From the NCBI GenBank assembly GCA_963840455.1, contig CAWIYV010000014.1, positions 96,001 through 160,000 of the forward strand: a stretch of 64,000 nt of DNA. Reading direction: 5' to 3'. Position numbers and translations under genes: made by a program. Position 1 is the first letter of the stretch, and the number at the start of each line of letters is the position of its first letter. This stretch comes from Nitrospirota bacterium. GTDB taxonomy: Bacteria; Nitrospirota; UBA9217. Positions 41,150 through 54,398 of this stretch are shown in pieces. The notes under the pieces were generated by a model. That model was not told where the DNA came from, searched no databases, and saw only the letters and a program-made list of their open reading frames with translations.

Positions 41150-41701
41150 ATGTTGATATTCGACCTCTTTACCATTCTTAAAGACGAGCTGAAGAACGGC
41201 TCGAACAACCTCGTGACCAGGCCGACCGGCCAGGCCGTGCGGGAGCGCATCGAACGGGATATTGAGCAAGCGCCCGATGGTTCCGTGATCGGGCTCGATT
41301 TCTCGAAGGTAGGCGTGATCGATTATTCCTGCTCCGACGAGATCGTCGCCAAGCTCCTGTCCCGGCTTCTGGCAGGCGAGTATGGCGACAAGTACCTCGT
41401 GCTCATCGGTATGAACGAGAACCAGCGCGAGAACATCGAGGTGGCGCTGGAGCGGAAAGACTTGGCGATCGTCGCCGGCACTAGGGAGGGGACCAAGGCG
41501 GTCCTCGGAAGTCTGAACAACTACCTTAAAGACACGCTGGAATTCGTCGCCGAGCGGAAGAAGGCCACGGCCCGGGAGCTTACGGAAGCGAAGAAGATCG
41601 AGGCGAACACGGGCGGGACCCGGCTGTTGAACCTGTACAAGAAACGGCTCGTGCGCAGGGTCGGGGGCGAGGGCGCGATGTGGGCCTATGAAGCCCTGTA
41701 G
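41150..41701 (+). CDS. STAS-like (DUF4325-type) domain fused to a C-terminal winged-helix DNA-binding domain
   Basis: TRPTGQAVRE...LDFSKVGVIDYSCSDEIV, then TARELTEAKKIEANTGGTRLLNLYKKRLVRR...WAY. Confidence 0.78.
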   Translation: MLIFDLFTILKDELKNGSNNLVTRPTGQAVRERIERDIEQAPDGSVIGLDFSKVGVIDYSCSDEIVAKLLSRLLAGEYGDKYLVLIGMNENQRENIEVALERKDLAIVAGTREGTKAVLGSLNNYLKDTLEFVAERKKATARELTEAKKIEANTGGTRLLNLYKKRLVRRVGGEGAMWAYEAL

Positions 41702-41857
41702 AATCTGGATCTGCATACGCAGCGAACATCGAAAGAAAAAACGAACAACTTACTTTCTACCACGGAGGTGCTGAGACATGGAGAAGAAAAGAACACTTTA
41801 TGAGGTCATCCGTGATTTCTGTGAATCCGTGGTGAAAATAGTATTTACTGTCTTCCT

Positions 41858-42325
41858 ATGAACAAGGCCTTCGACAAAATAGCCCTCTTCTTAGCCCAGG
41901 GCGCCTACAGCGGCCGGGCGCCGATCGCGCCGGGTACGGCAGGGACCCTTGTCGGGATACTGCTCTATCTGCTGGTGCGGGACCTGGGCGTGCTGTGGTA
42001 TGGCGCGGTGTGTGCTGCGGTCATTGTTATCGGTACCTGGGCTGCGGGACGCGTGGACCGGATGTTCGGCACCAAGGACAATTCCACCATCGTCATTGAC
42101 GAGATCGCGGGGTACCTGGTCGCCATGCTGCTGGTCCCCGGAACATGGCAGTACATCGCTGCCGCGTTCTTCCTCTTCCGTGCCTTCGACATCGTCAAAC
42201 CCTTCCCGCTTCGGCGTCTCGAGCATCTGCCCGGCGGTCTCGGGGTGATGCTCGATGATATCGGAGCGGGGGTGTATACGAATGTTGTTCTGCAGGTCGC
42301 TTCAATTTTCCTGGCCAAAGGATAG
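41858..42325 (+). CDS. pgpA: Phosphatidylglycerophosphatase A
   Basis: APGTAGT, IVIDEIAG, FRAFDIVKP, GVMLDD. Confidence 0.95.
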   Translation: MNKAFDKIALFLAQGAYSGRAPIAPGTAGTLVGILLYLLVRDLGVLWYGAVCAAVIVIGTWAAGRVDRMFGTKDNSTIVIDEIAGYLVAMLLVPGTWQYIAAAFFLFRAFDIVKPFPLRRLEHLPGGLGVMLDDIGAGVYTNVVLQVASIFLAKG

Positions 42326-42465
42326 AGATACGATCTTGATCGGGCGGGAGGTCCACATGCGTGCGGAGTGCGGAAAGCGGAGTGCGGAGCGGAATAACAG
42401 CGAAAAAAGCGGTTCAGCCTTGTTTAGTCGTGTCCCTGTGTTGTTCTCTTTGGGGGTATTCAACC

Positions 42466-43701
42466 ATGCGTGCTGAGATCATAGCAACGGGTTCCGAACT
42501 GCTCTCCGGCGGGGTCGTGGACACCAATTCCGTGTTCCTTGCCGAAGAGCTGCTCGAGATCGGCATCGAGACCTCCTTCAAGACCATTGTCGGGGACGAC
42601 GAGAAGGACATGGAAGACGCTGTCCGCACTGCCCGGGAGCGTGTGGACGTCATCCTCGTCACCGGCGGGATCGGCCCTACTGAGGATGACATTACGCGCA
42701 AGGCCTTGGCCCGGGTACTGAAGAAGCGGCTGGTGCTGAGCGATGACGCGCTGAAGGCGGTGAAGGCCGTGTTCAAGGCCAAAGGGAAGGAGTACCCAGG
42801 TGCCAACGACCGCCAGGCGCTCATTCCTGCGGGAGCGCGGCTGCTCAGAAATCCCGTCGGCGTGGCGCCCGGCTTCATGCTCGTCGAGGATGAAAAATTC
42901 GTCGCTGTCCTGCCCGGCGTTCCCGCGGAGATGCAGGCCATGTTCCGCGAAAGTCTGCGCCCGGCCATCGAGGAACATTTTGGCGGCAAGGCGGTCATCC
43001 GCAGGAAGGTGCTGCACACCTGCGGTCTGTCCGAGTCAAAGGTCAATGAACTGATCCAGGACATCTTAAAGCAGAAGCGCCCTGCCGTGGGGCTCACCGC
43101 CCGGGAGACGGGCGTGGACATCCGCATCGTTGCCCATGAGGGGAGCGGGGCCCGGTCCCGCTCGACCATAGAGCGGACCGAAGCCGATATCCGGAAGAAG
43201 CTGGGCGATGCGGTCTACGGTGTGGACGGACAGGAAATGGAAGAGGTCGTGGGCGCATTGCTCACCCAGAGGAAAAGGACGCTTGCCGTCGCTGAGTCCT
43301 GCACCGGCGGGCTGATCAGCGGAAGGTTCACGAACATCGCGGGCAGCTCGGCGTATTTCGAGCGGGGCGTGGTGGTCTACAGCAATGCCGCCAAGACCGA
43401 ACTTCTCGGCGTCCCTGCAGAGCTGATCGAGCGCCACGGCGCGGTGAGCCGCGAAGTGGCAAAGGTCATGGCGCAGGGGATATGCGAACGGTCAAAGACA
43501 GACCTGGGCCTATCGGTCACGGGCATTGCCGGCCCTTCGGGCGGAACACCGGAGAAGCCCGTGGGCCTCGTGTACATCGCCCTTGCGTCGCCCGATGGTG
43601 TCAAGGCGGACGAACACCGCTTCCTGGGCACGCGCAGCCAGGTCCGTCAGCGGACCGCCCAGATGGCGATGGATATGGTGAGGAGATACCTGATAGCCTA
43701 G
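42466..43701 (+). CDS. cinA: Competence/damage-inducible protein CinA (MoCF domain plus PncC)
   Basis: GSELL..G..DTN, GGIGPTEDD, LPGVP, AESCTGG, HGAVS, TGIAGP. Confidence 0.95.
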   Translation: MRAEIIATGSELLSGGVVDTNSVFLAEELLEIGIETSFKTIVGDDEKDMEDAVRTARERVDVILVTGGIGPTEDDITRKALARVLKKRLVLSDDALKAVKAVFKAKGKEYPGANDRQALIPAGARLLRNPVGVAPGFMLVEDEKFVAVLPGVPAEMQAMFRESLRPAIEEHFGGKAVIRRKVLHTCGLSESKVNELIQDILKQKRPAVGLTARETGVDIRIVAHEGSGARSRSTIERTEADIRKKLGDAVYGVDGQEMEEVVGALLTQRKRTLAVAESCTGGLISGRFTNIAGSSAYFERGVVVYSNAAKTELLGVPAELIERHGAVSREVAKVMAQGICERSKTDLGLSVTGIAGPSGGTPEKPVGLVYIALASPDGVKADEHRFLGTRSQVRQRTAQMAMDMVRRYLIA

Positions 43702-43783
43702 GAGACAGGAGCCAGAATTCAGGAGTCAGGAGGTAACTATTTCTTCCTGGCTTCTGACTCCTGGCTCCCGACTACTGCATGAT

Positions 43784-44341
43784 ATGAGATTATTCATTGC
43801 CATAGAGCTCCCCGATGAGATCAAGCAGGGGATCGCCAGGATCCAGGAGCAGCTCCGCAAGGCCGGCGCAAGCGCGGGCTGGACGCGGCCCGAAGGCATC
43901 CACCTGACGCTCCAATTCCTGGGCGAGGTGCCTGACGCGAACGTGCAGGAGATCATGCAGGCGCTCGACGGAGCGGTCAAAGGGACCGGAAAGCTCAGCC
44001 TCACGGTGGAAGGCACAGGGATGTTTCCGAATGTGAAAAATCCGCGGGTGCTCTGGATCGGTGTTGGCGGCGATATCGAAAGACTTGCCGGGCTTCAGGC
44101 CTTTATCGAGGACGCGATGGAAAAAATCGGTTTCGAGCGTGAAGCGCGGAAATTCAGCCCCCATCTCACGCTGGCGCGCATCAAGTTCCCGAAGCCCCGG
44201 GACAACTGGCAGCAGAAGATCGAGGGGATGAAGGACGTGAAGCTCGGCGGATTAGAGGCCGGTCACGTGAGTCTCATGAAGAGCGAACTGAAGCGCGAGG
44301 GAGCGGTGTATACGGAAGTGGGAAGAGTGGAACTGCAGTGA
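43784..44341 (+). CDS. thpR: RNA 2',3'-cyclic phosphodiesterase
   Basis: MRLFIA and two HxT motifs (HLTL twice). Confidence 0.95.
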   Translation: MRLFIAIELPDEIKQGIARIQEQLRKAGASAGWTRPEGIHLTLQFLGEVPDANVQEIMQALDGAVKGTGKLSLTVEGTGMFPNVKNPRVLWIGVGGDIERLAGLQAFIEDAMEKIGFEREARKFSPHLTLARIKFPKPRDNWQQKIEGMKDVKLGGLEAGHVSLMKSELKREGAVYTEVGRVELQ

Positions 44342-44492
44342 CAAGCGACAAGGGACAAGTGACGAGCCGCAGCAGAGAACACGTTAAAAGGGATCCTTTT
44401 CGTCTCTCGTCATGAGCTCGAAAGCATAAGAACCATTTGGACACACTCCATACGATATATTACCGGGGACGAACCCGGAAAGGAGAACGAAC

Positions 44493-45587
44493 ATGGCTGA
44501 CAAGGACAAATTGAAGGCATTGGAACTGGCGGTGGGCCAGATCGAGAAGCAGTTCGGCAAGGGCTCCATCATGCGGCTGGACAAGGACGAGGTGCCGGCG
44601 AACGTTGCCGCGATCTCGACGGGCTCTCTGGGGCTCGACGTGGCCTTAGGGATAGGTGGCGTGCCGCGCGGCAGGATCGTCGAGGTCTACGGCCCCGAGT
44701 CGTCGGGCAAGACCACCCTGGCGCTCAACATCATCGCCCAGGCCCAGAAGACCGGGGGCCAGGCAGCCTTCATCGACGCCGAGCATGCCCTCGACGTGGC
44801 CTATGCCCGGAAGCTGGGCGTCAAGACCGACGAACTGCTCATCTCCCAGCCTGATACGGGCGAGCAGGCGCTCGAGATCACCGAGACGCTGGTGCGGAGC
44901 GGCGCCATCGACGTCATCGTCGTGGACTCAGTGGCGGCGCTGACGCCCCGCGCGGAGATCGAGGGCGAGATGGGCGATGCCCACATGGGCCTCCAGGCGC
45001 GGCTCATGAGCCAGGCGCTCCGGAAGCTCACCGGCGCCATCAGCAAGTCAAACACCACGCTTGTCTTCATCAACCAGATCCGCATGAAGATCGGCGTCAT
45101 GTTCGGCAACCCCGAGACAACGACGGGCGGCAACGCGCTCAAGTTCTACGCCTCGGTCCGGCTCGACATCCGGAAGGTCTCGGCCATCAAGGAAGGCGAG
45201 GAAGTGACGGGCGGCCGCGTCCGCGTGAAGGTGGTGAAGAACAAGATCGCGCCGCCCTTCCGCTCCGCGGAGTTCGATGTCATGTTCAACGAGGGCATCT
45301 CCAAGCTCGGCGAGATCATCGACATCGGCGTGGAGAAGAACATCATCGAGAAGAGCGGCGCCTGGTTCTCGTACAGCGGCACGCGCATCGGCCAGGGCCG
45401 GGAGAACGTAAAGCTGTACTTCCAGGAGCACCCGGATATGGCCGCCGAGATCGAGGCGAAGGTCCGGGAATCCTACGGACTGAAGCCCCCGGAGACCGCT
45501 GCGGCCGCGGCCCCGGAAAAGGAAACGAAGGAAAAAGAGGCTGCTCCCGAAAAAGAGAAGCCGGCGAAAGCCTCGCGGGCCAAGTGA
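44493..45587 (+). CDS. recA: Recombinase A
   Basis: [33 protein letters not shown]. Confidence 0.99.
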   Translation: MADKDKLKALELAVGQIEKQFGKGSIMRLDKDEVPANVAAISTGSLGLDVALGIGGVPRGRIVEVYGPESSGKTTLALNIIAQAQKTGGQAAFIDAEHALDVAYARKLGVKTDELLISQPDTGEQALEITETLVRSGAIDVIVVDSVAALTPRAEIEGEMGDAHMGLQARLMSQALRKLTGAISKSNTTLVFINQIRMKIGVMFGNPETTTGGNALKFYASVRLDIRKVSAIKEGEEVTGGRVRVKVVKNKIAPPFRSAEFDVMFNEGISKLGEIIDIGVEKNIIEKSGAWFSYSGTRIGQGRENVKLYFQEHPDMAAEIEAKVRESYGLKPPETAAAAAPEKETKEKEAAPEKEKPAKASRAK

Positions 45588-45863
45588 GTGACAAGCGGTG
45601 CCACGATGGCAACGGGTCTTTCGCGGGCACCAGGAACGCAACGTGGTTCGTATACGAATTTCGACGGGGGAACGTGGGCGATCATCCTTCTTCAGGGCGG
45701 CAAAAAGCCAGGCTTCGCTTTTTCCTGCAGGGGCGGCGACCTGCTCTGGCAGCCGGGTCCCGTATCTTCCTCTCGTACTATTCAGTAAATTCAGGTATAA
45801 TTATCCTTGATCATCCGCCGAACAGGCCTGGTCCTAGTCGGCAGAAGGAACGAGGAGGCTTCA

Positions 45864-47123
45864 ATGGCACTGAGCGATCTGCTTAAGATGACGTTCGAAA
45901 GAAAGGCGTCGGACCTTCACCTGAAGGTCGGCGTGCCGCCGGTGCTCAGGATCGACGGCCACCTGGCCCCCCTCGAGAACGAGAAGCGGCTGACCCAAGA
46001 CGACGCAATAGCGATAGCGTCCAGCATCATGAACCCTTCACAGAAGGCGCGGTTCAACGAGAAGAACGAGCTGGACATGGCTTATGCTGTGCCGGGCCTC
46101 GGCCGGTTCCGCGTGAACATCTTCAAGCAGCGCGGCAGTGTCGGCATGGTCTTCCGCATGGTCCCGGCAAAGATCCTGAACTTCGATGACCTCGTGCTCC
46201 CGCAGGTGCTGATGAAGATCGCCCAGGAGCAGCGCGGGCTCATCCTGGTGACCGGGACCACCGGGAGCGGCAAGTCCACGACCCTGGCCGCCATGATCGA
46301 CTACATCAACACTGCCCGGACGACCAATATCGTCACCATCGAGGACCCCATCGAGTTCCTGCACCGGGACAAGAAGAGCATCGTGAACCAGCGCGAGATC
46401 GGCTCTGACACCTTCAGTTTCGGCGACGCCCTCCGGAGCGCTCTTCGCCAGGATCCGGACGTCATCCTCGTCGGTGAAATGCGCGATTTCGAGACCATCT
46501 CGATCGCCCTGACCGCCGCGGAGACCGGCCATCTCGTGCTTTCCACCCTTCACACCGTAGACACCACGGAGACCATCAACCGGATCATCAGCGTGTTCCC
46601 GCCGTACCAGCAGAAGCAGGTAAGGATGCAGCTTGCCGCCGTGATCAAGGGGATCATCTCCCAACGCCTTGTTTCCCGCGCTGACGGCAAGGGCCGCGTA
46701 CCGGCCGTTGAGGTGATGCTCGGGACCCTCTCGGTCCGCGAATCCATCATCGACGATACGAAGACCCGCAACATCCCCCAGATCATCTCCACCGGCATGG
46801 TCCACTACGGCATGCAGACCTTCGACCAGTCCCTCCTCGGGCTTTACAAGAAGGGCCTCATCACCTATGAGGAGGCGCTCCTGTCGGCCAGCAACCCCGA
46901 TGATTTCGCGCTCAAGGTCAAAGGCATCCAGTCAACCAGCGATATCTCCCTGGAAGAGGACGAAAAAAAACGGGGCGGCACGGGGATCCGGGGGACCATC
47001 GGCGGTACAGCACCGAAGCCTGGCGGTACGACGGGTACTACCCAGAAACCGAGGGAGGCACAGGAGTACAAAGGAACATCAGGCGACAGCGACTTCAAGA
47101 TAGACCGTTTTGGGGACAAGTAG
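45864..47123 (+). CDS. pilT: PilT/PilU family type IV pilus ATPase
   Basis: ASDLHL, GTTGSGKST, TIEDPIE, LRQDPDVILVGEMRD, TGHLVLSTLH, GMQTFDQ. Confidence 0.93.
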   Translation: MALSDLLKMTFERKASDLHLKVGVPPVLRIDGHLAPLENEKRLTQDDAIAIASSIMNPSQKARFNEKNELDMAYAVPGLGRFRVNIFKQRGSVGMVFRMVPAKILNFDDLVLPQVLMKIAQEQRGLILVTGTTGSGKSTTLAAMIDYINTARTTNIVTIEDPIEFLHRDKKSIVNQREIGSDTFSFGDALRSALRQDPDVILVGEMRDFETISIALTAAETGHLVLSTLHTVDTTETINRIISVFPPYQQKQVRMQLAAVIKGIISQRLVSRADGKGRVPAVEVMLGTLSVRESIIDDTKTRNIPQIISTGMVHYGMQTFDQSLLGLYKKGLITYEEALLSASNPDDFALKVKGIQSTSDISLEEDEKKRGGTGIRGTIGGTAPKPGGTTGTTQKPREAQEYKGTSGDSDFKIDRFGDK

Positions 47124-47145
47124 TACCGACTGGTGTGAGGCATGC

Positions 47146-47676
47146 ATGGTGGGCAATGAGGGGGCTGGGGAACCATCAACAGGGGCGCAGCACGCTGCGC
47201 CCCGCTCTGTTCCTGAAGACAAGGGGCTCAAACAGGCCAAGAACACCGCCTACCGCTATCTCACTATCAGGCCCCGCAGCCGTGTCGAGGTCGAGCGGAA
47301 ACTGCAAGATCGGGAATTTCCCCCCGACATTGTCTCCTCCGTCATCGATCACCTGATCAAGCTCGGTTATCTGAACGATGAGCAGTTCGCCCGTCAATGG
47401 GCCGCAAGCCGGGTCCGGAGCAGGGGATTCGGCAGGCGCCGGCTCGAGCAGGAACTCCGGAGCAAGGGCGTCAGCCGCGACACCATCAAGGAGACCCTCG
47501 GCGCCCTGTTCGAGGACGGATCCGAGACAGAGGTTGCCCGCAAGGAAGCGGACAAGAAGCTCAGGACCCTGACCCGGTTCGAGCCGGGGGTCCGCCGCAG
47601 ACGGCTGGCCGGCTTCCTGGAACGCAAGGGATTCTCCTCCGAGATCATCCGGACGATCCTTCGCACGGTCCTGTGA
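47146..47676 (+). CDS. recX: Regulatory protein RecX
   Basis: AYRYLTIRPRS, GYLNDEQFA, ELRSKGV, FLERKGF. Confidence 0.93.
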   Translation: MVGNEGAGEPSTGAQHAAPRSVPEDKGLKQAKNTAYRYLTIRPRSRVEVERKLQDREFPPDIVSSVIDHLIKLGYLNDEQFARQWAASRVRSRGFGRRRLEQELRSKGVSRDTIKETLGALFEDGSETEVARKEADKKLRTLTRFEPGVRRRRLAGFLERKGFSSEIIRTILRTVL

Positions 47677-47976
47677 GATCCTGGCAGTGATTAAGCATAT
47701 ACTGCGTGATGCGTGGCTCGTGACTCAAATGCGGCCAAAATGGAGCGACGGCTCTGCATCGCACAACATTGTCCTTGGCATCACGAAGGGGCCGGAGGTC
47801 GAGCTCGGGCGTGACGCGTGCGGCATCTGGTAGAGGCGGCGGAGATGCTCGGCGTACCCGGGCTCGCAAGCAAGGCGCTCCAGATCCCGCACTAATCTGT
47901 TGAATTCTTCCTTTTTTTCTGCTATTTTCCAATGTATTGTAACCGTTCTCATTTTCCTGTTATCACGAGGTGTGTT

Positions 47977-50616
<2,640 letters not shown>

Positions 50617-50921
50617 GACGGACGATCCTTTCGCACAAAAGCGGCCATTCCCCGATGCGGGAGTGTCCGCTTATTTTATAGCATCATCCCATCCGCCGCT
50701 TTCCTTTCCCTACCTGAATCCAGGAGCGAGCGCATTCCCCGTTGCTTGCTACGGGGGTTAGCGAGCGATGAGAATAACGATAACTTCCTTGACGATCGAA
50801 GATTCCCGCAGCTTGCTGCAGGGACCTTCAATTCCTTTCTATGCTATAATAGAGCCAGCCAATTGGAGCATATGATGCTACAATACTATCTCGTTGATAT
50901 CGTTCATGAAGGAGGGAAACC

Positions 50922-51236
50922 ATGTTGATCGGAGAGGTCATTAAGAAGGCAATGCTGGTCGGGCTGGGAGCGCAGGAGAAGGCAAAGGAGTTCGTCGACG
51001 AACTGGTGAAGGCCGGTGAGCTTTCGAAAGGTGAGGCCTCGACGCTGGTGAAGGAGTGGACAACCAAGGCCGAGGAGAGCACCAAGGAATTCGACAAGCG
51101 CGTCAAGGAGACCGTTGCGAACATCCTCGAAAAGCTCAACATCCCGACACGCGAGGACATGGAGAAGCTCGAGAAGAAGGTCCAGGCCTTGAACAGCCGG
51201 CTCAAGAAGCTCGAAGGCGGGGCCTCCGAGGAGTAA
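50922..51236 (+). CDS. Phasin-like (PhaI/PhaF family) small coiled-coil protein
   Basis: LVGLGA...ELVKAGE...LNIPTREDM; located upstream of a ubiB-like gene. Confidence 0.85.
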   Translation: MLIGEVIKKAMLVGLGAQEKAKEFVDELVKAGELSKGEASTLVKEWTTKAEESTKEFDKRVKETVANILEKLNIPTREDMEKLEKKVQALNSRLKKLEGGASEE

Positions 51237-51255
51237 TCTCTCAGGGAGAGATGCC

Positions 51256-52962
51256 ATGTCCTTCCTGGGGTTTTGGAGACGACACTACCGGGACATTCCC
51301 CGCGTGCGGCAGATCCTGCTCGTGGCGTCGCGCCACGGGTTCGGCCACCTCGTCGAGCAGACCGGTCTGCAGCGCGTCCTGTCATTCGGCAGGCGCGTGG
51401 TCTCGTTCCGGAAACAGCCGTTGCCCTGCCATCGGCTGAGCGCTCCTGGCCGCCTGCGGAGCATGTTCGAGGAACTGGGCCCCACCTTCATCAAGCTGGG
51501 ACAGGTCCTGGCATGCCGGCCTGACCTCCTTCCCCTGGAGTACGCCAAGGAGCTTGCCGGGCTGACCGATTCCGTCGCTCCATTCCCCTTCGCCGAGGCC
51601 AGAGATATCATTGAAAAGGACCTCGGCGCCCCGCTCGGATCGCTGTTCGCCTCGTTCGAACCCAAACCCATTGCCGCCGCGTCCATCGCCCAGGTGCACC
51701 AAGCCGTCCTGCCTGACGGCCGCGAGGTGATGGTCAAGGTCCAGCGGCCCAACATCGAGGAGAACATCACCCGGGACATCAGCATCCTGCGGGGCATCGC
51801 CCAGCTGATCGACACGCATGTCCACGAGCTCCAGCCCTTCAACGTTCCCGGCATCGTGGAGGAGTTCAACCGCACCATCAACAAGGAACTCGATTTCTTC
51901 ATCGAGGGGTCCAGCGCCGCCCAGCTCAGGAGCAATTTCACCGAAAGCACGGTCCTGTACATCCCCGAGGTCCATGCCGAGCTGTCAAGCAAGCGCGTGC
52001 TGGTGCTCGAACGGATCGACGGCGTGCGCATCGACGATTACGCGGGAATAGAGCGGATGGGCTTCGATCGGAAGGACATCGCACTCAAGGGCGCCGGTGC
52101 TTTCTTCAAGATGGTCCTGCAGGATGGGCTGTTCCACGCGGATCCACACCCCGGCAATATCTTCGTCCTCGCCGACGGCAGGCTCGGCCTCGTGGACTTC
52201 GGCATCATGGGCCGTGTGACCGAGGAGAACCGGGAGCATTTCGCCAGCGTCCTGGTGGCCCTCGCCGGACATGACTACGATGCCCTGACGCGGCAGTACG
52301 TGAACCTGGGGTTCGTGTCCGAGGAATCGGTCGACATCGATCAGTTCAAACGGGACCTGAAGGAGGACCTCGCCGAGCTGCTGGAGCCCTATTATGGCAT
52401 GACGATCCGGCAGATCGACTTCGGGACGTATGTGGAACGGGTCACCCACCTCCTGCACCGGCACAAGCTCAAAGTCCCGCAGAACCTCTATCTCATGGAC
52501 AAGGCCCTGCTCACCCTGGAGGGCATCCTGAAGCAGCTCGACCCGGGGTTCGATTACTTCGCTGCGGCGCAGCCTTACGTGGAGGACCTGGTCAAGCGGA
52601 AGCACCATCCTCGGCAGCTGCTGCGCACGGCGCAGAAGAACCTTACCGCTCTGTCCGACATGGCGAACAATCTTCCACGCCAGCTGCGGAGCGTCATCGG
52701 CAAGGTCATGCGGGGCGACATCCAGGTGAAGCTCCAGCACGAAGGACTCCGGCACGCTGTCCGGGACCTCGACAGGTCCAGCAACCGGATCGCCTTCAGC
52801 CTCATCACCGCCGCCATCATCGTGGCATCGTCCATCATCATCCACTCCGGCCAGGGCCAGAAGCTCTTCGGGCTTCCCGTCTTCGGCCTCATCGGCTATG
52901 TCATCGCCGGCCTGTTCGGCATCTGGATCATCATCGGCATCCTCCGCTCGGGTCAGCTCTAA
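51256..52962 (+). CDS. ubiB: AarF/UbiB/ABC1 family atypical kinase
   Basis: ELGPTFIKLGQ, AAASIAQVH, VKVQRP, FHADPHPGN, DFG. Confidence 0.92.
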   Translation: MSFLGFWRRHYRDIPRVRQILLVASRHGFGHLVEQTGLQRVLSFGRRVVSFRKQPLPCHRLSAPGRLRSMFEELGPTFIKLGQVLACRPDLLPLEYAKELAGLTDSVAPFPFAEARDIIEKDLGAPLGSLFASFEPKPIAAASIAQVHQAVLPDGREVMVKVQRPNIEENITRDISILRGIAQLIDTHVHELQPFNVPGIVEEFNRTINKELDFFIEGSSAAQLRSNFTESTVLYIPEVHAELSSKRVLVLERIDGVRIDDYAGIERMGFDRKDIALKGAGAFFKMVLQDGLFHADPHPGNIFVLADGRLGLVDFGIMGRVTEENREHFASVLVALAGHDYDALTRQYVNLGFVSEESVDIDQFKRDLKEDLAELLEPYYGMTIRQIDFGTYVERVTHLLHRHKLKVPQNLYLMDKALLTLEGILKQLDPGFDYFAAAQPYVEDLVKRKHHPRQLLRTAQKNLTALSDMANNLPRQLRSVIGKVMRGDIQVKLQHEGLRHAVRDLDRSSNRIAFSLITAAIIVASSIIIHSGQGQKLFGLPVFGLIGYVIAGLFGIWIIIGILRSGQL

Positions 52963-53228
52963 CGTTGGATGCAACCCATACTCTCAACGCACAAATAATA
53001 TTTCATCGCGGGAACACTGAGGAAGCTGATGTATGCGGAAAAGAGCTCCGCTTGATGCGCTTCCGTGCATGAAACCCTCGCGACCTGTGTGCTTCACGTT
53101 TTACCAGCGTTATCAAGGCTTGTCCTGATATCGTCTAACCGGTTGACGAAAATCCCCGGACGGTTTATAGTATTGCCGGCCCGTGTGCTGCATCCCTTGA
53201 TGATGCCGTGACAGGTTGGCCCTTCTCT

Positions 53229-54314
53229 ATGACCAAACACTGGAATACCCTGCAGCAATGGATCAAGAAGCATCTCTGGGTAACGTTCATCGTTGCCACG
53301 GCCGTGCTGACGACGGCGATCCATTTCTACGTTGCCCTGTTCGTGCCGCCGACCCTGGAGAAGGCGTGGAAAGAGGTCCAGGTGACCGAGGGCATGAGCT
53401 TCAAGGCCATCGCCGCGACGCTTCAGAAGGAAGGCATCATCCGTTACCGTGGGTACTTTGAGATCATCGGCCGACTCCAGGGCATCACGCGCAAGGTCCG
53501 GACGGGGTACTACGGCCTCGGCAGCCACATGAGCATGTGGGAGGTGCTTGAGGCCCTGCGCAAGGGAAAGATCATCGAATACGAGGTCGTGATCCCGGAA
53601 GGCTATAACCTCTACCAGATCGGCTGGACCCTCACGGGTACGCCGCTCATCTCGTCTGACCCCGACGATTTCATTAACATTGCTACGGACAAGAAGCTCG
53701 CCCGCTCCCTCGGCGTCAACGCGGATGGGCTCGAGGGCTACCTGTTCCCGGACACCTACTACCTGCCGAAGGGCATCACGGTGCTGGACATCGCCAAGCG
53801 CATGGTCCTGCGGTACAAGGACGTGTTCACCGATGACATGCGGAAGCGCGCCCGCGAACTCGGCTTCACCGAGCACCAGATCATCACGCTGGCGTCGATC
53901 GTGGAGAAAGAGGCAAAAGTGGACTCCGAGCGGAAGCTTATCGCCGCCGTGTACCACAACCGGCTGAAGAAAGGCATGAGGCTCCAGGCCGACCCGACCG
54001 CGGTATACGGCCTGAAGGCGTGGATCACAAATGTCAGTGCGCAGGACCTGAAGCGGAAAACGCCCTACAACACCTATCTCCACAAGGGCCTGCCGCCCGG
54101 CCCCATCGCGAACCCCGGCCGGGGAGCCATCCTGGCCACGCTCTATCCGGAAAATGTCGATTATCTTTTCTTTGTTGCCCAGGGCGACGGCAGCCATTAT
54201 TTTTCGAAGGACTATAACGAGCATGGAAAGGCCATCGGCAGGTACAAGGCGAACAGGAAGAAAGTGAAGCAGAAAGCGAAGGTTCCGCAGCAGACCGTAG
54301 GCAGTCCGCAGTAG
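53229..54314 (+). CDS. mltG: Endolytic transglycosylase MltG
   Basis: IPEG, LEGYLFPDTY, LASIVEKE, LQADPT, YNTY, GLPPGPI. Confidence 0.96.
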   Translation: MTKHWNTLQQWIKKHLWVTFIVATAVLTTAIHFYVALFVPPTLEKAWKEVQVTEGMSFKAIAATLQKEGIIRYRGYFEIIGRLQGITRKVRTGYYGLGSHMSMWEVLEALRKGKIIEYEVVIPEGYNLYQIGWTLTGTPLISSDPDDFINIATDKKLARSLGVNADGLEGYLFPDTYYLPKGITVLDIAKRMVLRYKDVFTDDMRKRARELGFTEHQIITLASIVEKEAKVDSERKLIAAVYHNRLKKGMRLQADPTAVYGLKAWITNVSAQDLKRKTPYNTYLHKGLPPGPIANPGRGAILATLYPENVDYLFFVAQGDGSHYFSKDYNEHGKAIGRYKANRKKVKQKAKVPQQTVGSPQ

Positions 54315-54398
54315 GCGGCGGCCAGGGGGAGAGCAAGACGCCCGGTATGAGCTTTATTGCCCGATGGATCTTGCATTTCAAAAGGCGGTAGCGGGACA

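Noticed and set aside
45864-47123. pilT between recA and recX as a novelty
   Set aside because: The recA-pilT-recX-alaS order is already known from Geobacter-type genomes.
47725-47952. 75-aa minus-strand ORF or T-box leader before alaS
   Set aside because: No recognisable protein motif or SD, and no T-box consensus or terminator seen.
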